A DNA stretch of 63,820 nucleotides, filler included, from Octopus bimaculoides (lineage: Eukaryota), in NCBI RefSeq assembly GCF_001194135.2. It is 7 parts of 7 records of this genome, joined end to end, with 100 filler letters (N's around TTAATTAATTAA, not from the genome) between each part and the next. Parts side by side here need not be neighbours in the genome. Positions count along the whole stretch, not along the records: positions 19,505 to 45,212 come from NC_068988.1; positions 45,313 to 54,402 come from NC_069002.1; 5 more parts are not named here. The stretch is one strand, 5' to 3'. The position numbers and the translations under genes are program-made. Below the pieces are notes generated by a model. The model saw only the letters and a list, made by a program, of their open reading frames with translations, searched no databases and was not told where the DNA came from. Below, piece by piece: positions 39,370 to 53,104 of the stretch (its first letter is position 1; each line of letters begins with the position of its first letter).

Positions 39370-39800
39370 GGAGGATATATGTTGTCTATGGACCATACAT
39401 CTCTGAGTGACTTCCTGTCGACCTTATATAGTTTTTTTTTTTTATGGCAGCCCAAGCATCTGATAAAATAACTGAGGATTTCAAAGACACAAGTGAAGTT
39501 GGATTTAACTTTGAATTCAGATCTGTTTTTGGACAATGTTAAATAGAGCAGGGCCTCTTGCGGAAAAGAAATTGTGCAGCAGTACATTTATGTTTTGTGA
39601 CCTTGAATTGCGTAGGGGATATATGACAGGTTGCTCTAGCCTTGGAAGAATTCTGAAACTAATGTTGAGATCTTTCATGCAAATTTTGTATCGTTCACGA
39701 CGGCGCTGGAGCGAATAGAGTTTCAATGCTTTAAATTGGTCCCAATAATCGAGATCGGTCATGCACTTAATTCTTTTGGTGCATGCCCTCTGGGGTGATT
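39370..39800 (-). mobile_element. CR1/L2-group LINE RT C-terminal fragment
   Basis: ESPQRACTKRIKCMTDLDYWDQFKALKLYSLQRRRERY...GPALFNI matches the typical E.VQR.FTK..L.Y..RL..L.LYSL.RRR motif. Confidence 0.7.
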
Positions 39801-39820
39801 CAATATATATATAGAGAGAG

Positions 39821-39893
<73 letters not shown>

Positions 39894-40930
39894 TGTATAT
39901 ATTCATATATATCAAAAAAGGAGATTGGAAACAGCTTTTGTATGATTTACTCACTAATACTCACATCTGTTTCATCTGCTACTAGGAGTTTCGAAATCGT
40001 ACATGTAATGGCGATATTTCTTATTTGAAATTCTTCAGACAAAGAATCAAATAATACTTGTAATATTATTCGATTCTAAATTTTAATAATTTCTAACAAA
40101 TGAAATCTTACATGCTTTCAATTACGTTAACAGTTTTATAACTCCTCTTAACAAATGAAATACTTGTAATGGTGATTAAATTATACAAAAAACTTCTTTC
40201 AATCTCTGGTTTTGACATATAATTAGTCTGTAGAAAACATTTTTTCAGTATTTTCAACTCTTCTGCATACTTCACATGAATATCATATTTATGTACTAAC
40301 TTCGAATACTGGCATAAACAAATGTGCTTCAAGAGGACATAGCTGGTATTTTAACCGAACCCGCATTATACACACACACACACACACACACACNNNNNNN
40401 NNNNNNNNNNNNNNNNNNNNNNNNNNNNNNNNNNNNNNNNNNNNNNNNNNNNNNNNNNNNNNNNNNNNNNNNNNNNNNNNNNNNNNNNNNNNNNNNNNNN
40501 NNNNNNNNNNNNNNNNNNNNNNNNNNNNNNNNNNNNNNNNNNNNNNNNNNNNNNNNNNNNNNNNNNNNNNNNNNNNNNNNNNNNNNNNNNNNNNNNNNNN
40601 NNNNNNNNNNNNNNNNNNNNNNNNNNNNNNNNNNNNNNNNNNNNNNNNNNNNNNNNNNNNNNNNNNNNNNNNNNNNNNNNNNNNNNNNNNNNNNNNNNNN
40701 NNNNNNNNNNNNNNNNNNNNNNNNTACTACAAAATGAAAAGTCACATTCCGGAACTATTATATCAACGAGTAGCATTTATTTATCACCTGACGAGATACA
40801 TCTGCACAGCCGGATGCTCTTGAACCAGTTGTTGAGTGTGTCACCTGTGAGGGATCGATGGTATATGTTTCGAAACAATTGTCGTGATTAATAATAAATT
40901 CTCGTATACTCCATCTTCCATCTTTCATTT

Positions 40931-40971
<41 letters not shown>

Positions 40972-43396
40972 TTATACATGTTAACATGAGTATACGTATA
41001 TGTGATTCTATTCTTTTGATAATGGCCCGAAGAGGAGAATCAATGAGGTCGCGAACATATAGATTAATTTCATAACATCTTTGATGAATTTTAAGTCAAA
41101 CACATCGAAACAATAGGTTCCATTTGAAATGGACATATAGCAGTAACCAGCGAGTAAATAAATATCATATTATGGTATCTTCCACTTAACCACCTGCATG
41201 TTTACCTTTTAAAATATAATGAAATGATATTGCGATAATGTTTCTCGTATTGACCATTATTCAACGGAGCTCGAACGGTTTTAGCCAATGGAGATTGATG
41301 TATCTGTTGCAGTAGTCCTTATTCTACTATTCTCGTATGACACATATGAGATAAAATATTGTTTAAAGATCAAAGATAAGTATCTGTTTTAAGAATATTG
41401 CTTGTCGTTATAAATCCATTGAATCAATCTCCCCCAAATACATTTAGCGGAAAATATCATTACGTTACTGTACCCAGAAATAATTCATTTAGTGCTCCTT
41501 AAATAGTTTTAGTGATCTTCTGTTTGCTGATTCTTTACTGCTTACGAGCCACGTCTAAATGCCGAGATATTATTGCTGTCCTTAAGAATTACATTGCATT
41601 CTACTCATAAATGCTTTCGCGTTACGCGATGTTGTAAAGTGTTTATCTTTTCAGTGAAAACTTTTATTATTTCACAAACCGTTAAATGATTAGTTGCTAG
41701 CATAAAGCAATTTGATGTTACATTATCGGAATTTTGGCGAATGACCTCTGTTATATTTTCAAGACGTTAACTAAAATATAGGTATACGTATCATATATGG
41801 CTACAAGAAACGTTTAAAATAAAGTATAACGTCTCATCAAAACTGCAAAATTCAATTCGATATTGATAGATAGCAGTATTTACCAAAGAACTGTATTCAT
41901 GCGATCCGACGGACATGGTCTGCGACGACATGACCTGTATTATTTAATAAAAGAAGCAAAGAGACTAGAAAAAACAACGTTTCGAATAAAGTCTTTCTTC
42001 AAGGAATACGTGACTACAAATGCAGGACTTTCACTATATCTCTGAATTTTGTTCTACACTTTATCTCTTCTCAAAGCAGTATTATTGGTTTCGTTATTGC
42101 ATTCTATATTACATAGCACAGTGAACATCAGATTTTCATAATATTGCCGTATACCAAACATTCAATACTCTCTTTCTTTCTACTCCATTCTCCTCCATAG
42201 TTGATTTGTGATTTGTAAGCATCGCCAGTTGACGTTCGGTATTGACCTGAAAATATTCATCCTCTTATATCTAATTTATCTTAGAATTTCCAGTAAAATT
42301 TATTTTGAAAGATTCGGGTCTTCGAGTTAAAGGCGGAAAGCATATCTATAATTGTTGTTTATGTAGCACATGCACGCCACTAACAAGATTAGTGTTATGT
42401 AGCATAAGCCTAGTATACGACTAATTTATGAGTGAAATATATTGACAGCTACCTATCTATTCTTTAGCATGTGGAAATTGTTTCAGAATTATATTTTTCT
42501 GCACCAACAGATATACATTTACGTGAATTCCCTTAGAATATATGCATGTGTGGTTCAATTCTCCTACGCGGTATGTTCTAACATACCACCGGGATGACCA
42601 AAACCTTGTGGCTTAAAATTTAAGGTTATGGCAAAAAGGGCCAGATGGGCGAATGTGCCAGCAGTTACTGTTCAGTCCACAATACAACAATGTTTCTTAT
42701 GGCTATGTCAATCAACTCAACAAAATGTCTTCGACTAATTAGAACTGTAATGTACAAGAAATGCATTGGAGTCGTAGATAACTAATATAAATCAGATTTA
42801 AATTGACTGTTCCATACATCAAACAGTATTTCATTGTGGATTAAGTTTCTACCGGTTCCACATTGACAACAATCCTATAATTCCACTGATGACGTTTAGT
42901 GCCAATAAATATGTCTGATGTGTTGTCGCTGGCGGGGAAATGATATAATCTTTAATTAAACAACTTTGTATCATTCGTATTCAATTCTGCATTCCTATTA
43001 TACAGCCCCTAGAATTAAAAATGCTAAAAGTGTCTTATCTTTATCTACATTTACTATGAAGGTGATGGTTGAGGTGTATTTCATGTTAAAGCAATACTAT
43101 TCCATCAGTTACAATTTGATTCTAAGGCATAACATAGTTCCAATTCAGCCGAAGTTCATTTTGCTTTACATTTTATTGGATCGAAGGAAAATGAAGCACT
43201 AACTAAATTTTCGATTTAATCGATTAATCCTGGTTTCTCCCCAGTTTCTTCATGCACCAAATATAGCTAAAAAACGCGAGAGAATTTTCATAATACTGTG
43301 CACTTTCTATGAGTTGATTCTTTTTATCTTTTAGTCAAAAGGCGATTAATATCACAGAAACTCTGATACGGGTGAGATCGAAAGAGGAAGGTATCT

Positions 43397-43741
43397 TCAA
43401 AGTGGAAACCGAGCCCGAAGTTTTGTTTTTAATAGAGAGTCATGTGTTGGTGTTAAAACAAACAACGGATTAAGACTACTCTCCACGTAGGCCAGGATGA
43501 GATTTTTTTCAAAACACAGCGAGAATATGGGTCGGACCTTTTTACAGTTCGGCCTATCCACTGTGCTTATTGCTACATTTTTGTCGACTCCGAAAATAGT
43601 GAAAGAATAAACCAAACTCGGTAAAATTGAAATTGAGAGAGCAGAGATCCAGAATACACGACACCAGTCCCTCTGTTGATGCTCCAAGGATTCTAGAATA
43701 CTGTCAGCGTAATTAGCTGCGGCCATAGTATCATAGGATTC
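43397..43741 (-). CDS. Possible terminal exon of a multi-pass membrane protein with class-A GPCR TM6/TM7-like segments
   Basis: Acceptor cacttttctttacag| then 114 codons to TGA. Hydrophobic VFWISALSISILPSLVYSFTIF and NLILAYVESSLNPLFVL resemble degenerate CWxP and NPxxY helices. Family not certain. Confidence 0.35.
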   Translation of the reverse strand, partial: ESYDTMAAANYADSILESLEHQQRDWCRVFWISALSISILPSLVYSFTIFGVDKNVAISTVDRPNCKKVRPIFSLCFEKNLILAYVESSLNPLFVLTPTHDSLLKTKLRARFPL

Positions 43742-44452
43742 CTGTAAAGAAAAGTGGTACCTTCTTTTAAGACCTATGAAAAGGCACACCGATGGAACAA
43801 AATATCCCGAAATATAAGGGATATATAGGACGGCCTGGCGTTGGTTAAGAGAATTTATTTAAAATGAAAATTAGAAATTGCTCTGAAGGTGAGGATTCAA
43901 ACTAGATGCTGGTAATTTGTATTTCAACTTTTAAAGATTCCGATTTCTATGAGTTCTTCAGCAGCCTTCAAGGTTTTACGAAAACAATTAGATATCTGTT
44001 GTTAGAAAATGCCGAAGAAATAAACTACGTACGGAGTAAAGAAAATACCTACTTGCACAAAATCATTTCAGTTCAGTAGAACTGTAAATGTTTATTCAGA
44101 TAGATTTCTTAACTGCATTTATTAGGAGAAGTAGGAATTAACGAGCAAACGGTTAATGAATCAGATAGCTCAAGGGAAGTAAAAGACAAGAGAAAAATAA
44201 TTAAATGACAAAATTATTCGGTCTTGTTTAAAATTTGAAATAATGTTTCAGATCAGTTTTCTTAACATATTTCACTTTTCTAACCTGTTCTGTATGAAAC
44301 CACACAGACATGTACATATGCAGACACACATATACGTATGCACGTGTGTGTGCATGTGTGTTTATGGATAGGTATATATATAGAAAGAAAGATAGATACA
44401 TAGATAGAGTGAGTGAAAGAGAAGTACGCGAGCATCTTTATATAAAAATACT

Positions 44453-44524
<72 letters not shown>

Positions 44525-44570
44525 NNNNNNNNNNTGTGTGTGTGTGTGTGTATGTATGTACGTATGTATA

Positions 44571-44606
<36 letters not shown>

Positions 44607-44777
44607 TGTATGCATATATAAGACTATTGCTTAAGTTGCTTAAATCATCACTTTTGTGTGCGGATGTTTTGAATGTGCGTGCTTATGTTGATACATGTGT
44701 AAATCTCAATATAATCAATATGCGCATGCAGAGATACACGCACGTTCGCACACACAAACACACACACGCATATATAC

Positions 44778-44809
<32 letters not shown>

Positions 44810-45312
44810 GCATACATATATATATACATATATACACATACATATATATGTGTGTATGTACGTATGTATGTATGTATGTATGTATGTATGTATGTATGCA
44901 TGTACGTATGTATAAGCGAGTGAATGCGAAATTAGATAATGCTGTGATTTTGACTACAATGTATTCGGTTTTCGTTTTACTTCTATTTCTATATCTTATG
45001 TAATTTAGTATTTTTGTCTTTTTCCAACAGATTCTACATATCTTACAGATGTGTTTTCTATATTTTCGAAATTTTTTTTTTTCCAACGTATATATGTCTA
45101 CGAACATGAATCATTATGTGTGTAGATGAGGTATCTGTTTAATCATTGCTGTGCGAATAAATATGCCACACCAATGTCTGAGCTTATTAGTGTATACGCA
45201 CCAGTCTGACATNNNNNNNNNNNNNNNNNNNNNNNNNNNNNNNNNNNNNNNNNNNNTTAATTAATTAANNNNNNNNNNNNNNNNNNNNNNNNNNNNNNNN
45301 NNNNNNNNNNNN

Positions 45313-46010
45313 ATTAGGCCTCACCGAGGCAATGACTTCTGACCGAGACCTTTGGAAATATGCTGTGCGTGAAAAGACCCGGCAAGCCAAGTGAGACTAA
45401 AATCTAAGGCCTCTGCCAGGGATGTAGCCAGCCCACTCATGCGTACCTTTCCTTAATTGGACACTAAACTCCACTTGCAAAGACCTGTTGAGGCAAGTGT
45501 AATCGAAATCGAACTAAATTCGACGACTGGCCCCCATGCCAACGCGTCCTTCATTGGACACTAAACTCTGCTTGTGAAGACCTGTTGGGGCAAGTGAAAG
45601 CGAAATCGTGATGGCACCACCATTCGAGCATGATCGTTACCAGCATCACCTTCCTGGCACTTGTGCTGCAGCTTTGCGTTCCTGGCACTTGTGCCGGTCG
45701 CACGTGAAAAGCCATTTGAGCAAGATCATTGCCAGTGCCGCTGGACTGGCTCCTGTGCAGGTGGCATGTAAAATACACCATTTTGAGTGTGGCTGTTTCC
45801 ACTACCGCCTGACTGGCTTTCGTGCCGGTGGCATGTAAAAGCACCCACTACACTCTCGGAGTGGTTGGCGTTAGGAAGGGCATCCAGCTGTAGAAACTCT
45901 GCCAAATCAGATTGGAGACTGGTGTAGCCATCTGGTTCACCAGTCCTCAGTCAAATCGTCCATCCCATGCTAGCATGGAAAGCGGACATTAAACGATGAT
46001 GATGATGATA
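45313..46010 (+). mobile_element. RTE-clade LINE 3' end with long repetitive 3' UTR and (GAT)n tail
   Basis: LGLTEAMTSDRDLWKYAVREKTRQAK* matches the RTE ORF C-terminal DR..W motif; ends CATGCTAGCATGGAAAGCGGACATTAAAC(GAT)n. Confidence 0.75.
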
Positions 46011-46240
46011 GATGCATATATATATTGCATGTATAGTTATGTATATACAGGTATATGTATATGTGTGTGTGTGTGTATGTTTATATTTCTTCTGGATGTG
46101 ACATTGAACTGCATCCAGTGAGGCTCCAGTTGGGGAGTTCTGTAGTTGTGAGGAGCATGGAGTCACCTCTTCATTGCCATTACTCCCAGGTCCATTCTGA
46201 CCTGCTAGGCTGCCATCCATGGGTTAAACATATTTCCCAG

Positions 46241-46390
46241 AGGTAGAGGAAGCTCCCATTATTTTTGACAAAGTCATGAGGAAGGCAACCCTTCTTGGAG
46301 ACATGAAACTTGCAGTCAAAACGGTTTCCAATCATCTTGCAATGCTGCTTGTTAGTGGAACCTATTATGGTGACCGAGAGACTGGCAAAA
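46241..46390 (+). CDS. Probable internal coding exon of an unidentified gene (EVEEAPIIFDKVMRKATLLGDMKLAVKTVSNHLAMLLVSGTYYGDRETGK)
   Basis: tatttcccag| acceptor and AAAA|gtattg donor; exactly 150 nt, phase 1-1; purine-first codon bias; in-register open antisense frame (typical coding shadow); lies in a CpG-depleted scaffold. Confidence 0.55.
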
Positions 46391-47091
46391 GTATTGTACA
46401 AGCTTTTGTCATTTAAATCCAGAGACGTACAGAAATCTCACTATCGTTCCATTCCTTGGGCCATTTTGTCTTTTATAAAGTTCTATGGTGATGCACGCAT
46501 GCCATGAAAAGTCATGTCCGTGCACGTGCATGGATGGAAGGAAATCAGAACAATCAGGTAGAATGTGAGACGGTTATCACCTGACAAAATGAGGCAATCA
46601 TCTTGTATGTGTGTGTGCATATAAGTATGTATGTGTAGATGTGTGTGTGTGTGTCTTTTACTTATTTAAGTCATTAGACTGTGGCCATGCTGGGGCCACA
46701 GTATAAAGAATTTTAGTTGGACGGATTGACCCCAGGACTTATTTTTTAAAGCCTTGTACTTATTCTGTTGGTCATGAAATCTTGATGGAAGGTTTTAATT
46801 TAGATAATTAAGAAAAAAGAAATGAAGATTGTATCATTGAAGCAGAAGCCACCTCATATGGGTTGGCATCAAAAGACTTAAAGCCTAAGTGTCTTGTAAG
46901 CCATGTTATTCATCAGTCTGTTAGACTTAAGTATCATTGATATTTTAAGCATGAATATTATTCACAATTTTGTTAGGCTTAAGTATGATTTATAAATCAC
47001 AGTAATCATGGATCTTATGTATTTTGTTTTCGTTGTAGTATTCCAGTTTCAAAACAGTTTTGTTTTTAACTTCCAATATGATATGCAACAG

Positions 47092-47145
47092 TAATTTTTG
47101 ACCTGAGCACAGGCACACTACAGTCAAGTCAGGCCAAGTCTGGGG
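47092..47145 (+). CDS. Possible next exon of the same gene (IIFDLSTGTLQSSQAKSG)
   Basis: gcaacag| acceptor and GGG|gtatgt donor; 54 nt, phase 1-1; in frame with 46241-46390. Confidence 0.4.
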
Positions 47146-47351
47146 GTATGTGCTGTTGCAGTGTGTCGCTGTATCCACCATTTGTTGATGATTCCCTATT
47201 TGCAGCAGACAATACCTTTGTACCACTGGCACTCTGTTGCTTATGATGACGAGTGTTCCAGTTGACCCAATCAACGGAACAGCCAGCTCGTTTAATTAAC
47301 GTGCAAGTGGCTGAGCACTCCACAGACATGTGTACCCTTAACATGGTTCAA

Positions 47352-47727
47352 GGAAAGTTTGCCGCAGGAAGATTCACTTCAGGATTTTGGGCCATAGGAA
47401 AGTTCGCTGCATAGGAAATTTTGTTGCAAGACAAAAGACTAATTGCTTCTCTTGGTATATAATTGTTACAAACAGTAAGAAGGGGTAAAGCAATTTCTTA
47501 ACTCATTTAAAATTTTGTTACATGAAAAAATATTGTCGAATGAATAAAGAAATTTGAAATGAGTTAAGAAATTGCTTTACCCTTTCTTATTGATTATAAC
47601 AATTCTATACCAAAAGGAACAATTCATCTTTTGTCTTGCGACAAAAATTCCTATGTGGCGAACTTTCCTACAGCCCAAAATCCTAAGGTGAATTTTTCTG
47701 TGGCAAAAATGTTTGTGGCAAACTTTC
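47352..47727. mobile_element. Foldback/MITE-like element with ~160-bp imperfect inverted arms
   Basis: Arms 47352-47508 and 47557-47727; internal GGAAAGTT(T/C)GC subrepeats. Confidence 0.75.
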
Positions 47728-49814
47728 TGGATATGCCTTAACATAGTTGAGCAATTCTGTAGAGCCATTGTTGCATTTTGTTTATACCTAGTTTTTATCA
47801 GACTGGTTATTTCACTTGTGTATTTAGAGATAAATTTTTATACTGCATTGTGGGATCTGTTTTTTTTTTTGTCTTTTTGTGATTATTTCGAGTTATTTTG
47901 TTTACTGTGATATCCATGTGATGGAGGTGTTGTGTCCTGAAGGGCAATTCTATCACTTGGTGTAAATGCTTCTCCCAAATGAAGTTTGTGAAAGTATTTT
48001 GTTATTTGATGGTTGAATATTGTAATGAGCAGATAGTTGAGGTAGGAGATTGTGAGGTCATGTGGTAACTAGGAGTGCAGCAGAAGAGGGAATGTTAGAA
48101 CTAGGCTTGTGGGTGTGTTAGTGTGGCTTGTTTAGGATGTAAAACAACATTCAGCTATGATACTACTAGATTGCATCTTGTGTTATTTGTTTTCATATAC
48201 TACCAAGATGTGTTGAAATCTTTATCAAATGTTGTTTTCATGTATGTTAAGGTATTGGAGCTGTGATGAGTAGCTTGATGTTGCTAGTGCAGTAATCATT
48301 CATTTAGTATATTAAAATGTTTCATGTTGCTGGATTTTATATTGAATACTTGAGTTTTTTATGCACTGCCATACCCTATATATGTTTAATCATTGTAATA
48401 TCTATGTGCTAGATACATGATATTTATGTAGATTATGAGACCTTAACTATTATTTAGTTTGTCTCCCTTTGTCAGATATAACCTATTATTTGAGGAATTG
48501 AAGCTTTGTTCTTTTTTATCTCATTGTGGTGTAAATATCCTTTAGTTTCATAAAAGTGATTTTAATTCTATTAGTGATTTTAGTTCCATATTAATTGTAA
48601 TGCAGGATGCACTAGTTACTTTGGTTGTTGCTGTGCACTTTGGAAGTGATGCATTTAAGATAGGGTGTGTCGTTTTTGTTGTTTTCCTTATTCTGGTATT
48701 TGTAACAAGATCGTTGTTAAAGTTGGAGGAATGTGAGATAGTCCTGGTTTTCCATGTTGGGTTTATGTTGTGATTCAGAGCATGTTTAGATAACTTAATT
48801 GTGCTTTACAATGTTTGTTATTGTGTATGTGATATATACAGGGATGTTTCCATTTTCTTTACAATGTTATTCTCTATGTTGAGTGTAGACATCAACTTCA
48901 AATTTTTTTCATACTTGAAAAAGTAAATCTGTGTCTTTCTCTCTATCTACATTTTTTTAACATAAACAACCAGCATTGCAGTGTTGGTTTCAGATTCAAT
49001 TTTGTAAAATTAAATGTTATATTTAGAGGGAAATTTAGCTGCTAATTTTTGCAGGTAGAGCAACTTCATTAAGGTACCTTCATTAATCCGGGAAAGTTTG
49101 AGTTTCTTGGTAGTATTATAATTAAATGAAGCCAATAGACCCCTAGCCATATAGTAATATACAAAATGTGTTCAATAATGAAGTCTTACTGCTCTTTAAT
49201 CAAAAACTGGCAGTTGTTTTTAGCAGTTTTATTTTCTAATTTATTTTATAAAAAATTTATTTCCTTTTCAATCTGGTTTCATTTTTAAGCCATTTTAATG
49301 TAATTTGATTTGATTGAATTTCAATTTTAATGTAATTATTAACCTGAGAAAAACAACTGCAAGGGTGAAACAATTTTATAATTTTATCAAAATAAGTGAA
49401 ATAATAAACAATAACTCTAATTTTTTTTATATTGATTTATTTTTTAAATTTATAGTAATTTAGATTCCTTTTGCTATTTAATTTAAATGTTTAATGCTGT
49501 TATAACCCAGAGAGTTCTATGCTAGACATCACCAACACTGCCATCACAAAAGGTTAATGGTTTGATTATCCCATCTGCAATGCTGTGCTCTATACAAGGG
49601 GAAAACATTTAGCTTTCAAATCACACAGTCCACCTATCTTTAATTAAGTAACGTTTTGAGAAACTGCTTACATGACTAAACAGTAGGAACAGTATATAAT
49701 AGACAAGTGATTCATTGTCTTCTGTTACAGACTTCAGCTTTTCCAATGACTAAGTTGAGAGAAGTACAATCTCTGGCAGCTTGGCACATCCTTAATATGT
49801 TATACAAGAATTAA

Positions 49815-49935
49815 GCTTTCAAATAGTATCTCAGTTATTCAAATAGTATCCAATTAATGGTATCCAATTTATTCAAATACCCCAGTTATTCAACAGTACC
49901 CTAGTTATTCTAATAGTACCCCAATTATCCAACCA
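49815..49935 (+). repeat. Degenerate ~19-bp minisatellite (GTAYCCMARTTATTCAAATA-like)
   Basis: About six imperfect units read directly. Confidence 0.65.
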
Positions 49936-51499
49936 GCTAATTATATGCTCAATGCTTCTCAGGTTCCCTTTACTTTTATATACAGAATTGGTAAAAGCTT
50001 GTGGCATAATGGTTAGAGTGTTGGACTTATGATGATAAGAGTATGAGTTCAGTTCTTTGTCTGGGTGTCACTGGTGTCCTTGGACAAGGTACTTCATTTC
50101 ACACTGTTCCACTCTTCTCACCTGCAAATAAATACAAGCAGTAGCTGGGTGTTAACCCTTGGACAAACTCTTTCCTCTTTTCACAGGTTTCAGTCGTTTG
50201 ACTGCAGCCATGCTGGAGCACCACCTTCAAAATTTTAGTTGAACGACTGATCCCAGTATTTGATGTTTTTAAGCCTGGTTCTTATTCTATCGATTTTCTT
50301 TTTGCTGAACCACTAAGTTTCATGTATGTAAATACACCAACATTGGTTGGGGGCAAACACAAACAGAAACACACACACACATATGATGGGCTTCTTTCAG
50401 TTTCCATCTACTCAATCCACTCACAAGGCTACAGTAAAAGACTCTTGCCAAAGGTGCCATGCAGTGGGATTGAACCCGGAGCCATGTGGTTGGGAAGCAA
50501 GCTTCTTACTACACAGCCACTTCTGCACCTATTTTTCGTTTGCAAGTGAGTCTTGAACTCTCATAAGCCTTGTACTCATGTACAATACCTGAGAAATTGC
50601 GATAATCTCTGGCTTAATGAACCTTTTACTGCTTTATATCCATTCAGTGTTTTAAATGTTTCCATGCTTTGATAAGTAGGTTGTTTGACAATTTGGTGTC
50701 TTTCCAACTGAAGGTAACATCTGTTTTTAGCTCATGATCCTGCTAACTCCAAGAAGACTGGTATCAGCAGGTTTGCATGCTATAGTCTTGGACTCATCAA
50801 AATAGTTGCAGTAGTAGAGATTGAACTTACGACGATGTGATTAGTATTCTCTCACCTCTACAATCCCCTGTCATTGTGTCTCCCTGTTTACCTTTTCTTC
50901 TTTACTGTGTCTCTCTTGATGAATATGAGATTAGATAACTTTCCTCTCTCTCTCTCTTGACGTTTTTCTCTCTCTCTTTTCCTTTCATGCTCTTCACCTT
51001 TTTTTTTTTACCTGAGCAAATCAAACAGATTTCAGATGGTGAGAAAATGGGATCTGGGGACATTTTGTGCTTAGTCTGTGAGATGTATTTGTGATAACAG
51101 AATATGTAGTTGTGATAACTGTGTATAGTTCTGACGACAATGTGTAGTTGTGATGTCAATGTGTAGTTGTGATGACAGTGTAGTATCAAAATTAAATAAT
51201 GAAGCTTGAGTAGAGAACCTGTTATGAAATTTGTTGATTTTTGTTGTTTTATCTCCTCATCAACCCTCATCAAACACACTTATGATCAAAAGCATTCCAG
51301 CTTTGACCATTCCATCTGTTTTGTGTATATCGATGACATCATTGTCCTCTTTATTCTTCTTTATTTAAGATAGCAAGGTGTAAGTTGAGGGAGGTTTTGG
51401 TACTTTTTAAATCTTTTTATTTGCTACATCCAGGGGAAGGAGTGGAGCTCATAACCTTTGTAGACCTCACCCCACAAAACTGGGGAGAGTGATGCTGGT

Positions 51500-51900
51500 A
51501 ATTTTTTGTTCAAACTGTTGTAGGTCAACACCTGCAGGAAAGAGATTCCAGAGGGATTGATGTTGTGGGGAGAAAGGACTAGGTTAGTGTGGGAAAATAG
51601 GACACAGCAAGATTGACAAAAGGTGGAAAGACAAGTGCGAGGAAAAGTACTTGAGTGGTGGAGGTAAAAGACCAATTAATTCTGAGGAACAGAGGCCATT
51701 ATGGGAGTGATAGAGAGAGGAGATAGTGCACTTAAGGGCCAGGGGCTGGAGCTAGTCTGTTAGTGATTGAATTTCTATTGAATTTTCTGATGTAGTCCAG
51801 GATGCTTGTGTACCTGGCACTAGCACTGTCCCTAATGTGGGAGCGATGCTTCTGTGCTAATTCTTGAAAGCTGAGTGACTGTATAGACCAGGGTCAGTGA
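51500..51900 (-). mobile_element. Highly decayed Penelope/Naiad GIY-YIG remnant
   Basis: SFQELAQKHRSHIRDSASARYTSILDYIRK resembles TFK.R...H...F....T.LS.YIW; a Cys-rich segment follows. Confidence 0.35.
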
Positions 51901-53018
51901 AGTGCTCAATATTAACCGGTAGGGCCATATGTGGCTTTCCAAGGGCTTGATATTCCAACTATATCAATATAATATAACTGAATTTTTATTCCTTATCTAT
52001 TTCGTTAAGTATTTTCATTTAATTGTTTAAAATATTTGAAATTAAAAAGTGCTAATGACACAAAAAATGGAGGAATTATTGTTTTTAAATCAAGAATTTT
52101 TTTTGCTAGTTATACATTTTGATTTCATTTTAGAAGTTTACATGACCGGGTACCAATAAATGATCAATGATTCCATGAAGGGGTCAATTATATAAAAATT
52201 ACTGTCACTTGGTATAGAGGCTTTCTCGTTAGCTTCATTATGAAACATAAATTAATGAAGAATCTGTCTACACATAGGACATGTATTAATAATAATATTC
52301 TGTAAGATCTTGGGACAAGGTGAGATATTTGAGGGGAGGAGAAGCAACTAATTATATCAACCCATGTGAATGACTGGTACTCCATTAGGTCAAACTTGGA
52401 AGGATGAAAGACAAAAATTTACCTTGTCAGGGTTTGAACTCTGAATGTAAAGACTGGGAGCAAATAACACAAGGTATTTTTTTTTTAGTTGCTCTAACGA
52501 TTCTGCCAATTCCTTGCTTTACATGTTGTAACTCATCAGAACATTCTGTAAAGTGTTTGTTAAGGATATAACAACATCAATACGGGTATGGTTGGATTGG
52601 CAATTTCTTGGCTGAGATGGAGGAGGAGAACTTTATATCTAAAGGGCTGAAAGTGAAAGTCTGCAAATGCAAATCCATTTGTAATGCATCTTTTATATGA
52701 AGGACATTTCAAATATAATACTCTTCCAGGTTGGTTGCATGTCTTCCATTTGACAATCTCCTTAGGTAATCAATTCTGGTTTGAATGGATTATGTCCAGA
52801 AAGATCAGGAATATTGTATGCTACTTGTTGCAGTGCTTCATAAATAACTCTTGATAATTGATACCATTCCAGTACACCAACTCTGCTAAGGCCAATTTTG
52901 CTTGCAATTACCTTATGGCCATATGTCACATAGCTCTCTTGTTAAGTATTTACGCCAGATCAAAATACCTGGATGCAGGCATCACATGGCATTTACATGC
53001 ATCACACTATTGATAGTG

Positions 53019-53059
<41 letters not shown>

Positions 53060-53104
53060 TTGTTCACTTTTCCATGCTTGTATGGGTCAGATACAATTTG
53101 TTGA

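Noticed and set aside
42680-42800. STTPMHFLY motif resembling vertebrate olfactory receptor TPMYFFL
   Set aside because: Flanked by stops with no other receptor motifs in frame; likely coincidence.
47900-49000. Possible very old Penelope GIY-YIG remnant (TYIG-like) on the minus strand
   Set aside because: Too many stops and frameshifts to support; a similar weak signal at 25600-26050 was also set aside.
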